A DNA stretch of 64,000 bases. It comes from Octopus bimaculoides. Lineage: Eukaryota. The stretch is taken from contig NC_068990.1 of the NCBI RefSeq assembly GCF_001194135.2, positions 90,421,023 through 90,485,022 of the forward strand, read 5' to 3'. How positions within the stretch are numbered: the stretch's first letter is position 1; each line of letters starts with the position of its first letter. The notes under the pieces are model-generated. The model ran no database searches. It saw nothing but the letters and a program-made list of their open reading frames with translations, and was not told the origin of the DNA. The translations under genes were made by a program, and so were the position numbers. Below are positions 1 to 14,114 of this stretch, piece by piece.

Positions 1-1039
1 GAGATGGGGAGGGATGGAAATGAATGGTCAATCATTTAATTTTCTTCTTGTGAGGTCCGTCTTATTAATCACAAATTAATAATCCCTCTTTAGCGTTCAT
101 TTTAAATATGTATCGAACGACAACATATAGTCGTATTCTTTCTAGGATATTAAATATTAATCCAGCATCACCAAATAATAAATACATAAAAACACACTTA
201 ATACATTCTTTGATCTCCAGAATCTCTATCTGGAGGTGTTTGGAGAGGGTGTTGCTAGAAATTAGAAAGATCGTCTTTTTATGATACGTCACGCCACATT
301 CTGTTTCGGGTCGCATCCCATCTTTGTATGTCTCTGTCGTTAATTATTTCGTCCCACTCGCAATATTAACATATGAAATAGAGCTTAATCTCAGATTTCT
401 AATTAGTATGCTAATTAGTACGGCAAATCTTGTTTCATTGAAGTAGTCATTTGAAACGCAAAGATACATCAGCCAGTAATATTCCATGATTAACTGAATT
501 TGCAGCAATTGTTGTCCATTTTAAGAAAAGTAGTCCGGATTAGAAGAGATTGAGCGGAACTAAAAGCGCTCAAAACGGGATCAAATCAAAGTGGATTGGA
601 ATAGACTCAATGATTAGAACTATGGTGGATTAAACGAGGTGTATGAGTGGCTAATTTTAATGAGATATTCATGGAGTTTATGAATCTAGAGAGTGAATAG
701 AAGAAAAGGATTAGTCGCTTACAATGGCTGACAATATTGGATGAAAAAAAAGTACTTTTTAAATTGAACATAATCCCTCAGTGGTGTTCGATATATTCCT
801 TTGATGTATTATAACTAATCTCTGGAGATTTGCCGTTATAAACATAAACATCTTCGTAATTATCTGTCTGTATATCGGTCTCCCTATCGACCTACATATG
901 TATTTATTTGTCAGTTTGTGTGGTTATTGATCAATTGCTCTCTGGACCTCCTATCTCTTTTATATATAAATGTGTTGTGCGCGCGCGCGCGTGTATGCGT
1001 GTGTAATTATGTATATACATGCATACATACATATATATA

Positions 1040-1230
1040 TTCTTTTATTTGTTTCAATCATTTGACAGTGGCTATGCTGGAGTACGGCCTTTAGTCGAGA
1101 AAATCGACCCCAGGACTTATTCTTTGTAAGCCTAGTACTATCGGTTTCTTTTGCCGAACCGCTAAGTTACGGGGATGTAAACACACCTGCATCGGTTGTC
1201 AAGCGATTTTGGGGCTACAAACACAGACGT
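1040..1230 (-). mobile_element. SINE family B, 3' fragment
   Basis: Matches the reverse complement of the 3' half of the copy at 19968-20350 (gccgaaccgctaagttacgggga, ttagtcgag, ggacttattctttgtaag). Confidence 0.85.
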
Positions 1231-1261
1231 TGAATGGAAAGTGTTACCACATTTGTTCACA

Positions 1262-1345
1262 CTCTCCGAGTTCAAATACCATCAAAGTCAATTTTGCTTT
1301 TCATCTTTCGAGCGTCGAGAAAATAAAAAAATACCAACCGAGGCC
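1262..1345 (+). mobile_element. SINE family A fragment
   Basis: ccgagttcaaatacc...ttttcatctttcgagcgtcga resembles the B-box/core region of the other family A copies. Confidence 0.55.
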
Positions 1346-4300
1346 CGTAGACTGGCAGAAACATTACAGTCGAGGCAAATATACCATTCAATATCTGCTC
1401 CGATTGTTTGCATTCTGACAGGAATATTGATTTGGCCATGAAAACAGGAGTTTGAATACAAACTGTGCCTCCAAAGAGATAGATGCGATTGGGTGTGAGA
1501 ATGAGCTGATAAATCTTATTTTACTGAAAACAAGATCGTATTTCTATTTTATCTATTTTATTAAATTTTCTGTTATACTTTCACCTGTCCGATTTGTTTT
1601 TCTCAATAAAATGTTCAAATCCTGCATCTTCGTATCTAGAACGGAAAACGTTCATCTTCTGGTTGAAGCCATGTTCGTCTGTGTTGTTGCGACTTTATTA
1701 TAAATATAGTAACTTTCATTGGCTGTAGGACTTAAAGCCAGAATTGTAAAGTTTGTGAATAGATGCAAACGCCACATCTTCGGTGCGTTCTCTTTTCTGT
1801 TTGTATCTGTTCTTTGTAAGTATATTTCAACATCTTCCTCTTCTTAGGGATTACTTATTAAAACATTTAACTTTTGTCGAGAAATCTGTTCAGATTCTAT
1901 GCGGTTTTCATTAACGCTTCTATATCTAATTATATTTTATTTTGTGATATAGGGCTTTGTAATCGCTCCTCTTATGTGCACAGTGATTTCATGGTAAAAT
2001 CTCGTACATGCGTGGTTAATATATGAATTGGAATGATGAATTAATAACCGACACGTTTAAAATGAAATTTTAATTAATTTTGTCATTCGTAACTTGCAGC
2101 TGTGCCGTATAATTAATGCGAAGGTTTCACTGTTAATGTTTTTGTAGAATATAATTAATGTTAGATTACAGTTTGGTGTAATGCACTTTGTAATCTGTTT
2201 CGGGAGGTTTTTGATTCTGTGTCCATCTATTCTAAACTTAGATTACATTTAATTCATGTAATGTATTTTATGTGAAGGTTTATTTATGTTTAACAGATGA
2301 AATATCTTAAATATTTTAGGCGTCATTTTATCTACTATTATATATTTGTGAAAAGGGTGGACGTTGTCTCACTAGCAGTTGTTCAGGCAAAAGTGTTAGT
2401 AAATGCGGTTGGATTGACCTGAAAATGTGCACACCTATGTTAAAAGTGCGGGGGAGTTTGCATGGCCACTTTGAGTTTGCTCAGTTGAAACGCGTGGCCT
2501 CTAGGGCAAAATTCCTCATCTTTAAAATNNNNNNNNNNNNNNNNNNNNNNNNNNNNNNNNNNNNNNNNNNNNNNNNNNNNNNNNNNNNNNNNNNNNNNNN
2601 NNNNNNNNNNNNNNNNNNNNNNNNNNNNNNNNNNNNNNNNNNNNNNNNNNNNNNNNNNNNNNNNNNNNNNNNNNNNNNNNNNNNNNNNNNNNNNNNNNNN
2701 NNNNNNNNNNNNNNNNNNNNNNNNNNNNNNNNNNNNNNNNNNNNNNNNNNNNNNNNNNNNNNNNNNNNNNNNNNNNNNNNNNNNNNNNNNNNNNNNNNNN
2801 NNNNNNNNNNNNNNNNNNNNNNNNNNNNNNNNNNNNNNNNNNNNNNNNNNNNNNNNNNNNNNNNNNNNNNNNNNNNNNNNNNNNNNNNNNNNNNNNNNNN
2901 NNNNNNNNNNNNNNNNNNNNNNNNNNNNNNNNNNNNNNNNNNNNNNNNNNNNNNNNNNNNNNNNNNNTATATATATATATATATGTATGTAGGATTTATA
3001 CACACTAATGTGCTGGTAATATATAATTTTCTATTGTGATCATATGAGACACCATTTATACCGGTCTCCATATAAACACCTAGTTGCACCATCATTTTAT
3101 GTCTATAATTTATCTTGTGGACAACGAAAGGCTGTTTCTCCTATGGCAAAAACTAATAATTCCTTCAGTCTGAAGTCTAGTATCATGGCTATTTGGTGTT
3201 AAGTGTTGGTATACAGTATTTAATATGATTTCTATCACGGGACTTCAGTAAATAAACTAAATCTAAGAGGAAAACTATCATCACTTTGTTAGTATCTTTC
3301 GGCATCTCTACGATATTTTTCGAATGCATTGCATAAGTATATATGAAGATATGATGATACAATCGGATGATTATGCATATCTTAGTTGGATATTGTTTGA
3401 TAATAAATGCTATCTAGTTGCTTTTCAAGCTCTTACGATATTGTATTGAGATAATATACGTTGCAGGGTTCGTAACTTGTGTACTGATATCGTTCTGTAG
3501 ATAAAAAGTTAGAACGGATTCCCTTTTAATCGTAAAGACATTATTCGTTCTTATTTATGCGTTTATCGCTAAAATTGTTTTATTAATTTTAAAAATAAAT
3601 TTCTAAGTTGCTATAAATTTGTTTTCATTGCCGCATAAACAGCTAATCATTTCAATATATACGTCTTTAACCGTGACAACAAATATATCACTTTTTTCAT
3701 TCTTAGATATTTTTCGTTCTCGTTATTTCCTAATATAAATCATGCAGAGCTTGTTTAAGTTTCAAATGAACAAATTATTAAGATAGGTGTTATGTACTTC
3801 TACTTATATTCATGTCGATGTAATTCATGATGTCTACCAACTACATTTTTAATAGTTGTATATCCTAGTTTTTTTTTTAACAACTAGACAATAGTTTTTT
3901 TCTCTTTTGCTCATATTTTATTTTTAACTGGAGGTTACTTCCAAGGTTGAATAAGAAAACTTGCAGTGGTAGTGGTGAGTTGGGGGAATGCTGCAAGTTT
4001 CAGCGAAATATTTTTTCTGGGTAAGAAGAGCAGCACTTTCTTTGTCCAGTTTACTTTATATATTTATGTTGACCTGTTTAATTTGGTGTTAAAATTGTTC
4101 ACCAATTAAGTTTTCTATTGCAGAACAGCTAGAATTTATTTGATTGGCACCCATACAGCTTTGGCTTACCAACTTTCAGAAACGTTCTTTGATTTCACTG
4201 AGACGAAAGAAGAAAATTTTCCGAATGTACAGTGCAAAGGGTTTGAAATAGAAACCACGCAATGAGCAAGAAATCAGGAAGTTATTCAAATAAGTGCAGG

Positions 4301-5519
4301 ATTCATACGATCTCACTTAGCTTAAAGTATAATTGTATTGTTCGAGAAATAACTTAATAGCAAGGTCTTAAATTTTAAAGGAATGGTAAGCATGGAAATG
4401 ACGTTGGAAACAATAGAAGTATCATTGGAACAAAAAGTCTTAACCTAATCTTTTCACGAGGCAAGCCATCGGTTAATGCATACACTAAAAATCAAGCAGG
4501 GGGAGGGGAAAAACCAAGCATATAATCACATATGCCCGCATACATATATATATCTACGCATCTGTATGTAATTATATATGTGTACCTATCTATGTATGCA
4601 ATGTAGAAATACGCAAAAATATTCACATTTACATAGATATATTGCATAAATCTGTGAATATAAATCATCAGGCTTTAGGATGAGATTATAAAACATTTGC
4701 TGTAATTTAAATATCTTTTGTCTTGCAGACATTATTATTCCGGACCTTGGACAGAGATTAGGGGAGATATGCAAATCATGCGGATGTACGTGTATTACAC
4801 TCCGGGAGCAATACGTATGCATGTTTGTGTGTGTGTGTATGTGAGTGAGTGTGTTTGTGCGTATGTGTGTGTGTGTGGAAAAATATACATGTATATATAT
4901 ATATATGCATACATATATGTATTACATACATAGATACAAACATTTATAAGTATATATATATGTATGTGTGTGTGTATGTATATATATCCGTACAGGTGCT
5001 GTACATGTGTGTGTGTGTATGCATGTATGTGTGTGTGTGTGTGAGTTAGTCTAAAGATTCATTATACGTGGTAAAGAATAGCGTAAGGCGTTCAGAACGC
5101 ATATTATTCAATGTTTAGCGAAAAGAGAAAAGAGGAATTGTGTGGAATTCATTTGAGTGCATTTTCAGTCATATTGTATTAAATTAATTGGATTCTAAGT
5201 TGTAATACTAATTATGTTTGAGTTTTCTTATTAAAGTAGATATATTCAATGTATGTGTATAAATATCTAATGTTATAGAAAAGCATTAATACTCTTCTTT
5301 TCGCAATATAAATTAACGCCCATTGTGGGAAATTAAATTGAATATGCACAAACAAGCATATGCACTTATACACGAATATATACAAAATAAAATGTGCATG
5401 CACAGAGCACCTGTCGTTTGCAAAAGCGCATTGCAGGAATTCTGGAGCGGCGAAGGTATGGTCAACGAGTTCAAATGAATAAATGTATTCTACAATTTCG
5501 AGTAACCATTCCTTCGTTT

Positions 5520-5590
<71 letters not shown>

Positions 5591-5820
5591 NNNNNNNNNN
5601 NNNNNNNNNNNNNNNNNNNNNNNNNNNNNNNNNNNNNNNNNNNNNNNNNNNNNNNNNNNNNNNNNNNNNNNNNNNNNNNNNNNNNNNNNNNNNNNNNNNN
5701 NNNNNNNNNNNNNNNNNNNNNNNNNNNNNNNNNNNNNNNNNNNNNNNNNNNNNNNNNNNNNNNNNNNNNNNNNNNNNNNNNNNNNNNNNNNNNNNNNNNN
5801 NNNNNNNNNNNNNNNNNNNA

Positions 5821-5851
<31 letters not shown>

Positions 5852-6069
5852 CCATGCAGCATGACACACTTGTATTAAAATAAATATGAATTCAGACCGA
5901 AACCCTTTCTGCGAAAAATCACTGTGTAGGACGATAGCACACAAAACATGTTCTTTTGACATTTTCCAAACACAATATTGCCACGCAGACACGTAAGCCT
6001 AAACATTTTAACTATCTATCTGTATACACAGATCTATATTATGTGTTTGTGACTGTGTGTAACTGTGTG

Positions 6070-6103
<34 letters not shown>

Positions 6104-6626
6104 GTGTGCGTGTGTGTGTGTGCGTGTGTGTGTGCGTGTGTGTGTGTGCGCGTGTGTTTTTATTTAATTTATTTATGTATTCTTTCTCTCCTCTAGACTT
6201 AATGCATTTATAAAGCTTTTATGGCGAAAGCAGTGGTGAAACATCGACAAAAGTAATTATATTTTTTTTATCATCACCTGAATCACATGATAATAATATT
6301 CACTTAATAAATCAATTTTCTGTCGCAGTTCAATTAATAGATTTATTGATAAGTTGTTTTGGCCCTATTTCCTGTATATGGATCTTGCGGGATGCCAATG
6401 TGCGTGATTTTGACAAATAGCTTCTCAGAATACTTCTGGGAATAGTCTTCTGTGCGTGAGCGTGTATGAGTGTCGGTGGTTGTGTGCTTTGATATGCTTG
6501 TGTTCTAGTGACAAATTATGAATATGTAACTGTATGTATTTGTTTACACATGGCTTTGATTGTGTAAAAGAGAGAGAGAGAGAGAAAGAGAGAGAAAGAA
6601 AGAGAGAGAGAGAGAGAAAGAGAGAG

Positions 6627-6664
<38 letters not shown>

Positions 6665-7028
6665 AGCGTCTCTGTGTTTGTATTCTGTACATTCGTGTAC
6701 GTGCGTGTGGGAGAAATATTTTGTAGTGCGCATGGGTTTTGTAAAAGATTGTACATGAATATGTGACTCTAGTCGATCGTTACTACATGTATTCGTGTGA
6801 TCGTGTGTGTTTGCTTGTAATTCTTCAAGTGTGTATATATGAGCATTTATCCATATGCTACAGTGTATTCATTTGCTGTCCTGTGTGATTGTCTCTTCAT
6901 CTCATAAACTTGACGTTCAATGTTATATGTATTTACCCAAAGACTGTTTACCGTGGATAGTTAATTTCATTCGCAAAATGTGGCTTTATGTGGCTTTTGT
7001 GCAAATGTTTCATCTTCATTATTATCAC

Positions 7029-7089
<61 letters not shown>

Positions 7090-7235
7090 TAGTGAGAGAG
7101 TAGCACATACCATCAAAGTGTCGGTGTATTATTGTTCTTATTGATGATGATGACGACGACGAGGATGATGATGACGACGATCATGGTGATGATTAAAGTA
7201 ATCGTAGTAATGATAAAGAATATGAACAATAATAA

Positions 7236-7415
7236 TGAACACAAAAGCCTGGCATGAGAAACTTCAACTACCGGACATCACAAGAAGAAAAACAGTTGGC
7301 TGCCATGCGAGGAACATTGCATGTGTAGAGGCAAGCGTTGCATTTCGAAACTGTGGGAAACAGCTGAGGCATGACATAGATAAGCGGAACCTTCGAAGCA
7401 GAAAAGAATCGGGAA
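7236..7415 (+). mobile_element. 5'-truncated RLE-type non-LTR retrotransposon 3' end (R4/Dong-like, diverged)
   Basis: Frameshifted translation TKAWHEKLQLPDIT...KQLAAMRGTLHV*RQAL resembles the C-terminus of the copies at 30361 and 56213; followed by an (AAT/AAC)n tail at 7417-7540. Confidence 0.5.
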
Positions 7416-8332
7416 ATGATAATAATGATAATAATAATAACAACAACAATGATAATAATAATAACAACAATAATAATGATAGCAGCAATAATGATAATAA
7501 CAACAACAATAATAATAATGACAACAACAATAATAATAAACTAGCATCTCTGTATATATANNNNNNNNNNNNNNNNNNNNNNNNNNNNNNNNNNNNNNNN
7601 NNNNNNNNNNNNNNNNNNNNNNNNNNNNNNNNNNNNNNNNNNNNNNNNNNNNNNNNNNNNNNNNNNNNNNNNNNNNNNNNNNNNNNNNNNNNNNNNNNNN
7701 NNNNNNNNNNNNNNNNNNNNNNNNNNNNNNNNNNNNNNNNNNNNNNNNNNNNNNNNNNNNNNNNNNNNNNNNNNNNNNNNNNNNNNNNNNNNNNNNNNNN
7801 NNNNNNNNNNNNNNNNNNNNNNNNNNNNNNNNNNNNNNNNNNNNNNNNNNNNNNNNNNNNNNNNNNNNNNNNNNNNNNNNNNNNNNNNNNNNNNNNNNNN
7901 NNNNNNNNNNNNNNNNNNNNNNNNNNNNNNNNNNNNNNNNNNNNNNNNNNNNNNNNNNNNNNNNNNNNNNNNNNNNNNNNNNNNNNNNNNNNNNNNNNNN
8001 NNNNNNNNNNNNNNNNNNNNNNNNNNNNNNNNNNNNNNNNNNNNNNNNNNNNNNNNNNNNNNNNNNNNNNNNNNNNNNNNNNNNNNNNNNNNNNNNNNNN
8101 NNNNNNNNNNNNNNNNNNNNNNNNNNNNNNNNNNNNNNNNNNNNNNNNNNNNNNNNNNNNNNNNNNNNNNNNNNNNNNNNNNNNNNNNNNNNNNNNNNNN
8201 NNNNNNNNNNNNNNNNNNNNNNNNNNNNNNNNNNNNNNNNNNNNNNNNNNNNNNNNNNNNNNNNNNNNNATATATATGTGTGTGTGCGAGTGCGTGTGTC
8301 TGTGTGCGTATGTATGTATGTAAATACACGTG

Positions 8333-8379
<47 letters not shown>

Positions 8380-9286
8380 GTGCACACACACACACAGATA
8401 TATACATATATGCATATCATAAACTTAAGCGCACGCACACGCACACACACACATACACGTATTATATTTATTTCACCATCACTTGATGCTATGAATAATG
8501 CATGATTTCCAGAATTTCATCATTAACATTTTGTTATCTGTTTCTCAATATTATGTTCTTACTGTTTATCGCTCCCTGCTTTACTTCCATAAAAAAAATG
8601 CCCTCAAATCTTTCTATTCCCCATTTTGTTCAAACACAGGACACATATGTAAATAGTTGTATATCAAACATGAAAACAAAATCTGTAAATGTCTCAGGAA
8701 GGTAGTAGTGGTTGAGTTGTAAGTATACTGTCTTTATTTCGTAGTTAAATACTTGCTACCTGTGAAGTCGTTTGTTGTGGCTAAGCTTACGCTCGCCTTC
8801 ATTTTAGCAGCTGTTAAAATGGTGGAGTTCTGTCCATCCGTTTGTTTCTTCGTTTCTTCCTTCAATTCTTTTCCTTTCCTCTATTTCTCTTCATTTTCTT
8901 TTTCACATTCTCATTGCTATCATCACTTTGACCATCACGATCATTATAACCATTATCATCAGGCTCCTCTCTTTCTTCTCCTCATCGCCAACCACACCAC
9001 ATGGTGATGATAATCATGATCGCCATCATAATCGCCATCATCATCATCATAACCATCATCACCACCACTACCACCACCATCATCATCACCATCAAGCGTC
9101 ATCACCATCATCACCACCGTTACCATCATCAGTAATTATCATTGTCAAAATTAAAAGACTGCCATTGTCATCTAGCGAACGATATTTCGACATCTCGTGT
9201 ATCTTCAACAGGTTCAAAAAATTATTTTGTCGATCTATTTCATTTTGGTTAATATATTATTAATAATATTATTATTGTTGTTGTTG

Positions 9287-9350
<64 letters not shown>

Positions 9351-9363
9351 CATTATTATCATT

Positions 9364-9405
<42 letters not shown>

Positions 9406-9444
9406 GCTGATGATGATGATGTTGTTGTTGTTACTGTTGTGATT

Positions 9445-9677
9445 AAAGTGGTGAGCTGGCAAAACGGTTAGCAAGCCGTTTAGAATGCCCAGCGCCATTT
9501 CTTCCGTCGTCTCTCCGGTCTGATGGTAAATTCCTCCGAAGTCGACTTTGCTTGGCGACGATCCTTGCGGAATTGATAAAATAAATACCAGTTGACACAC
9601 TGGAGGTTGATGTAATAGACAAGCTTCGCCCCCCTCCCTCAAAATTCCAGGACTTCCATCTGTAGTAGACAGAAATT
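9445..9677 (+). mobile_element. SINE family A (diverged, near full length)
   Basis: gtggtgagctggcaaaacggttagc head, gtcgactttgc, gataaaataaataccagttg core. Confidence 0.8.
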
Positions 9678-9769
9678 ATCATTATAATCATTATTACAAT
9701 ATGGGGTTCAGGGGAATTGTCCCTTGTGAGGAATCACTGTTTCCCTCGTTAAAATCTGTCGACAAATGT

Positions 9770-9865
9770 ATAATGCTGTTGTTGTTGTTGTCGTTGTTGA
9801 TGCTGATGGTGCTACTGCTGATATGATGGTGGTGGGGGGGATGAGGAGAGGGATAATGATCATAG

Positions 9866-9924
<59 letters not shown>

Positions 9925-10130
9925 CTAATAATGGCAATGATGATGATGATGATGATGATAGTGGTGGTGGTGATGATGACGACGACGATGATGATGATGA
10001 TGATGATTATGCTGATAATGTTCAGGTGATAATGACGATGGTGATGATGATGTTGATGGTGATGATGATAATCATGTTGATGATGATGATGATGAGAGCC
10101 GATATGATAATGATGATGATGACGATGACT
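9770..10130. repeat. Compound (GAT/GTT/GGT)n trinucleotide repeat
   Basis: Directly visible; produces the poly-M/poly-H ORFs in the track. Confidence 0.95.
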
Positions 10131-10405
10131 ACACTGCTGCAATTCTTGCAGCTCTTTTTGCGACATTTTAGAAATTGTGTACAAACGATTCCACTGCCTC
10201 CAGATATGAGCGAAATTAGTCAATATTAGCACGCAGTTAGATTTTCTCTCTGTTCAAACTTTAAACAATTTCAAGAAAATAGCCACTACACACACACACA
10301 CATACACACACATTTACACCCCCCCCCACACACACAGATATATTATTTCGCTTTGATTTCCCCCTCTCTCTCTCTCTCACACTCAGTTCACGGGTGTGTA
10401 TGTAC

Positions 10406-10442
<37 letters not shown>

Positions 10443-10936
10443 TGTGTGTGAATGTGTGTGTCTAAAGGTGTCGCATACGGATATTGATTTTAATATCGTT
10501 GTATACAGATTGCACTGTTTCCAGAATATTTAGATATATCACTAGTGGTGTCCATTTTTTTATACAAATACACACAAATATAGTTATATGCACAAGCACA
10601 CACACCAATGCATATATGTATATATATACATATACATATATGTATACATATATATATGCATATATATACATATATATGTATATATATATATATATATATA
10701 TNNNNNNNNNNNNNNNNNNNNNNNNNNNNNNNNNNNNNNNNNNNNNNNNNNNNNNNNNNNNNNNNNNNNNNNNNNNNNNNNNNNNNNNNNNNNNNNNNNN
10801 NNNNNNNNNNNNNNNNNNNNNNNNNNNNNNNNNNNNNNNNNNNNNNNNNNNATATTATATATAACATACATACATATATATATATGTATATACGCATATA
10901 TACAGAGATAAAGAGACAGAGAAAGAGAGTGATTAT

Positions 10937-10967
<31 letters not shown>

Positions 10968-11464
10968 GTAGATAGATAGATAGAGCTACTGGAATGTATG
11001 TGTAATCAATATATTCAGCTGCAAAACTCAAATAGTTGTTCATATTTATACTCTCCCGTTTGAGAGTCCGCAATCAGTGATTGAGATTTCTAATCAGAAC
11101 CACTTGATACACAATCTAAACCTGTAGCTTAGTAGCCAGACATTGAGAGCCGTTTGTTTATATAGCAGACGTATGTCTCTGTTGGACATCTCACATGCCT
11201 TCCGTTTATATCTACGTGAGAATATGAAGCAAGGTTAACAAATATTGTAGTTGTTATCTTTGGAAATACTGACAATGCAGCTGAGACGAAGAAATTCTGC
11301 TGGAAATGTCACCTTTGCCATTATTGTCTTCAGCTCTATGGCAAATTTCACTAGGTTTTTATTACTGTTTTTCTTGTAGCTTCTGTTGCTGTTTTACCCT
11401 CGATCAGCTTTGACATCGATCTATGAGTAAAAGTGATTTTACAGTTCTATATTTAAGAGATGAG

Positions 11465-11590
11465 GAATTATGTACATTATTCACATTATTTACATTGTTT
11501 ATATTTGACGGATATTTGTCATCATCTTGTTTATTGTTAACACAGCGTTTGGGCTGATGTACCCTCCAGCCTTCGTCAGGTGTCTTGAAG
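11465..11590 (-). mobile_element. Penelope-like repeat end carrying a degenerate hammerhead motif
   Basis: Minus strand gacac-CTGACGA-a-ggctg-N10-cagcc-cAAA-cgctgtgtt, followed by an aataatgt-type tail. Confidence 0.6.
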
Positions 11591-11659
11591 CCGGTTACCT
11601 TGTTTCCATAGAAGCAACTGAGGTCACAATATCCCATTGAACGAGACACCAGTCCGTCA

Positions 11660-11775
11660 TGGATCTGCTCACGTGAAATGAAGTGTCTTGTTCAAGAGCA
11701 CAGGGTGCCGCCCAGTCCGGGAATCCAAACGATCATCTTCCAATTGCGAATGCAACACCGCAGCCTCTGGGACAC
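11660..11775 (-). mobile_element. tRNA-derived SINE head (family C-related)
   Basis: Minus strand ggtgttgcattc...ttggattcccggactgggcgg-caccctgtgctcttgaacaagacacttcatttcacg; same layout as 60422-60510. Confidence 0.7.
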
Positions 11776-11945
11776 GAGGTAGATGCTGGACAAATATTTT
11801 GAAACCAAGAGTATACCTGAAGTTAATATAGCAGTTTGTATATGTATTCATAACTGCATTCCTCTGATGATGGTGATGATGATGATGATGAAGTTGATGA
11901 TGATGATGATGATGATGATGACGACGATGATGATGATGATGGCGG

Positions 11946-11976
<31 letters not shown>

Positions 11977-13934
11977 AGCCTCGGAGGTGTTTGTACTGTT
12001 TTCTTTTATTTAAATTTCATTATATAACTGTAACTATTGGCCCCATGGCTGTTTGGTCCTTTAATACTGGTTCCATTTAGTCACATCTAAACTCCTTTCT
12101 GTTCAGCCTTTGTCTCTATTGTACGTTTATATATTTCATCATAACAATTCTTCCGTCTTTTTTTTTTCTTGTGATTCCGAACAATTCGACTAAACCGAGT
12201 CCGATTCTGAAATTATTGCCTCTGATAATAATCATACATAGATGGTTGTGTGTTGCACATCCAGCTCTGCATATTTTGCACATCCAGCTCTGCATATTGC
12301 CAAAGCAATAAAATGAGTTGAATCAATTTTCATGGAGTATTTATTCTCTCCCTATTATTGCTAAGATATTCTCACGATTGATTATATTAATAATAATGCC
12401 ATAAATGCTGTCCGCACTGAGACTCACTTTGGATTAAAACGAGAATTGTTTCATTTTATTTTCGACATGAAATAAACCATTTTCCCAGAGACCTATTGCG
12501 GGTCTGTTTAAAACCTTTCTTTCGGTATACATTTTGTAACATGGTCAGAGGAACATAAAATAAAACCTATTGAAAAATTCACTAAATACCATTATAACGC
12601 ATAAAAAATTCGACACTTTTCAAATGTTAGTAAAATCCCGAAAGAACTAGAAAACTCTTTGGTTTACATGTTTTGAGCTAACATTTGTGTGTAAGCGTCG
12701 AATTCAATGGCATTCTAATCTGATTTGTACGTTTTCTCGCCTTTACTTTCTGGTCTCGTTAAAAATCGATCGGCACAGATTATTCTTCAATCGCCACGTT
12801 TTAAAAATGCAATTAAGAAGTCTCTTAAATTTGAAACATCTGAGGTCGAGCTTATTCGATCGGAATTGTATGCTTAAAGAAGACATTATCACGAAGTGAT
12901 TTCTTCTATAGGTAACAGCATAAAGATGCCAGTACTTTACATCGTTGAAACCATTAATAAAACTACCTTCCTAGATGCCCAACAATTGCCATGCTTCAAA
13001 GACTTAACTGACGATATCTCCTCTTACAAGATATTAATTACTCTCGGCGCGTGACGGTGCGTTGCATTCTGGTCATAAAATACTGCTTTCGTGACCGATG
13101 GTCAAATGTGTCAGTTAAGACGTCATAGTTTCGTTATTAGAAAGTGTGTTGTGTGTTTCCATTGAATTAAAGACAATCTTATAAACTTATAAGTAAAAAC
13201 GAGTTAGAAAGCAAGTACGGCAGGTTAAATTATGCCGCCATATGCCATAATAGTGAAATCGAGAATAACAAAATTCCAGGTAAATCCTTAAAATTTTACA
13301 CTAAATCTAATATGATACTAAAAGGCAATTATGTAAATCTTCAAGTTAGTATATCCTGTATTCTAAAGCATCAAACTATCCATTGACTTTTCACTCTAAA
13401 ATTCTTAAAGGAACAGCTATGCCAATAAGCGATATTTATCGTACGGCGAAATAATTCATGAGATAATTTCTGATGAACCTCTCGCCTTTCCGAAACAATA
13501 AGAACTGTAGTCAAAGTTCAGTCGCCCTTCAATGAATTCAATCACTTGATATCTGATATTAAAGAAACTGTTAAGTTCAACGTTGACAATCGTATGTCAT
13601 TTGCCCTGTGAAATATAATGGTCTTCAGACTGCCACGGGGGTTAGTCGTGGTCAAAATAATACGTTTTTAGCATTCCTTTGTTAGAAGGATTACGATTTT
13701 ACATTTCTTCTTCAATGCATGCAATAATGGCTTCAAAACAGAACCAACGTATTGTCATTGACTTCACGAGGAAAGCGGGTGGGGATGAAGGAGGTAGAGA
13801 CGAAGGAACGATGCAAACACCTCGACATCCTACATGTTGTTTACGCAGATATCACTCTTGGCAAGAGAAATTTTTCACAGGTAGTTGAAAACGTTTAGAA
13901 AAGAGGATGCTGGTACATAAATGTATACATAAAA

Positions 13935-13988
<54 letters not shown>

Positions 13989-14039
13989 NNNNNNNNNNNN
14001 NNNNNNNNNNNNNNNNNNNNNNNNNNNNNNNNNNNNNNN

Positions 14040-14114
<75 letters not shown>

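Noticed and set aside
65-316. 83-aa ORF faintly resembling LINE RT (YLLFGDA)
   Set aside because: Motif spacing and residues are too degenerate to call without a search.
979-991. (GC)6 tract with Z-DNA potential
   Set aside because: An ordinary variant within a (TG)/(TA) microsatellite region.
8750-9240. Protein-like acidic/basic text on the minus strand with a donor-like end
   Set aside because: Stops and frame changes every 30-40 codons; low-complexity trinucleotide-derived sequence.
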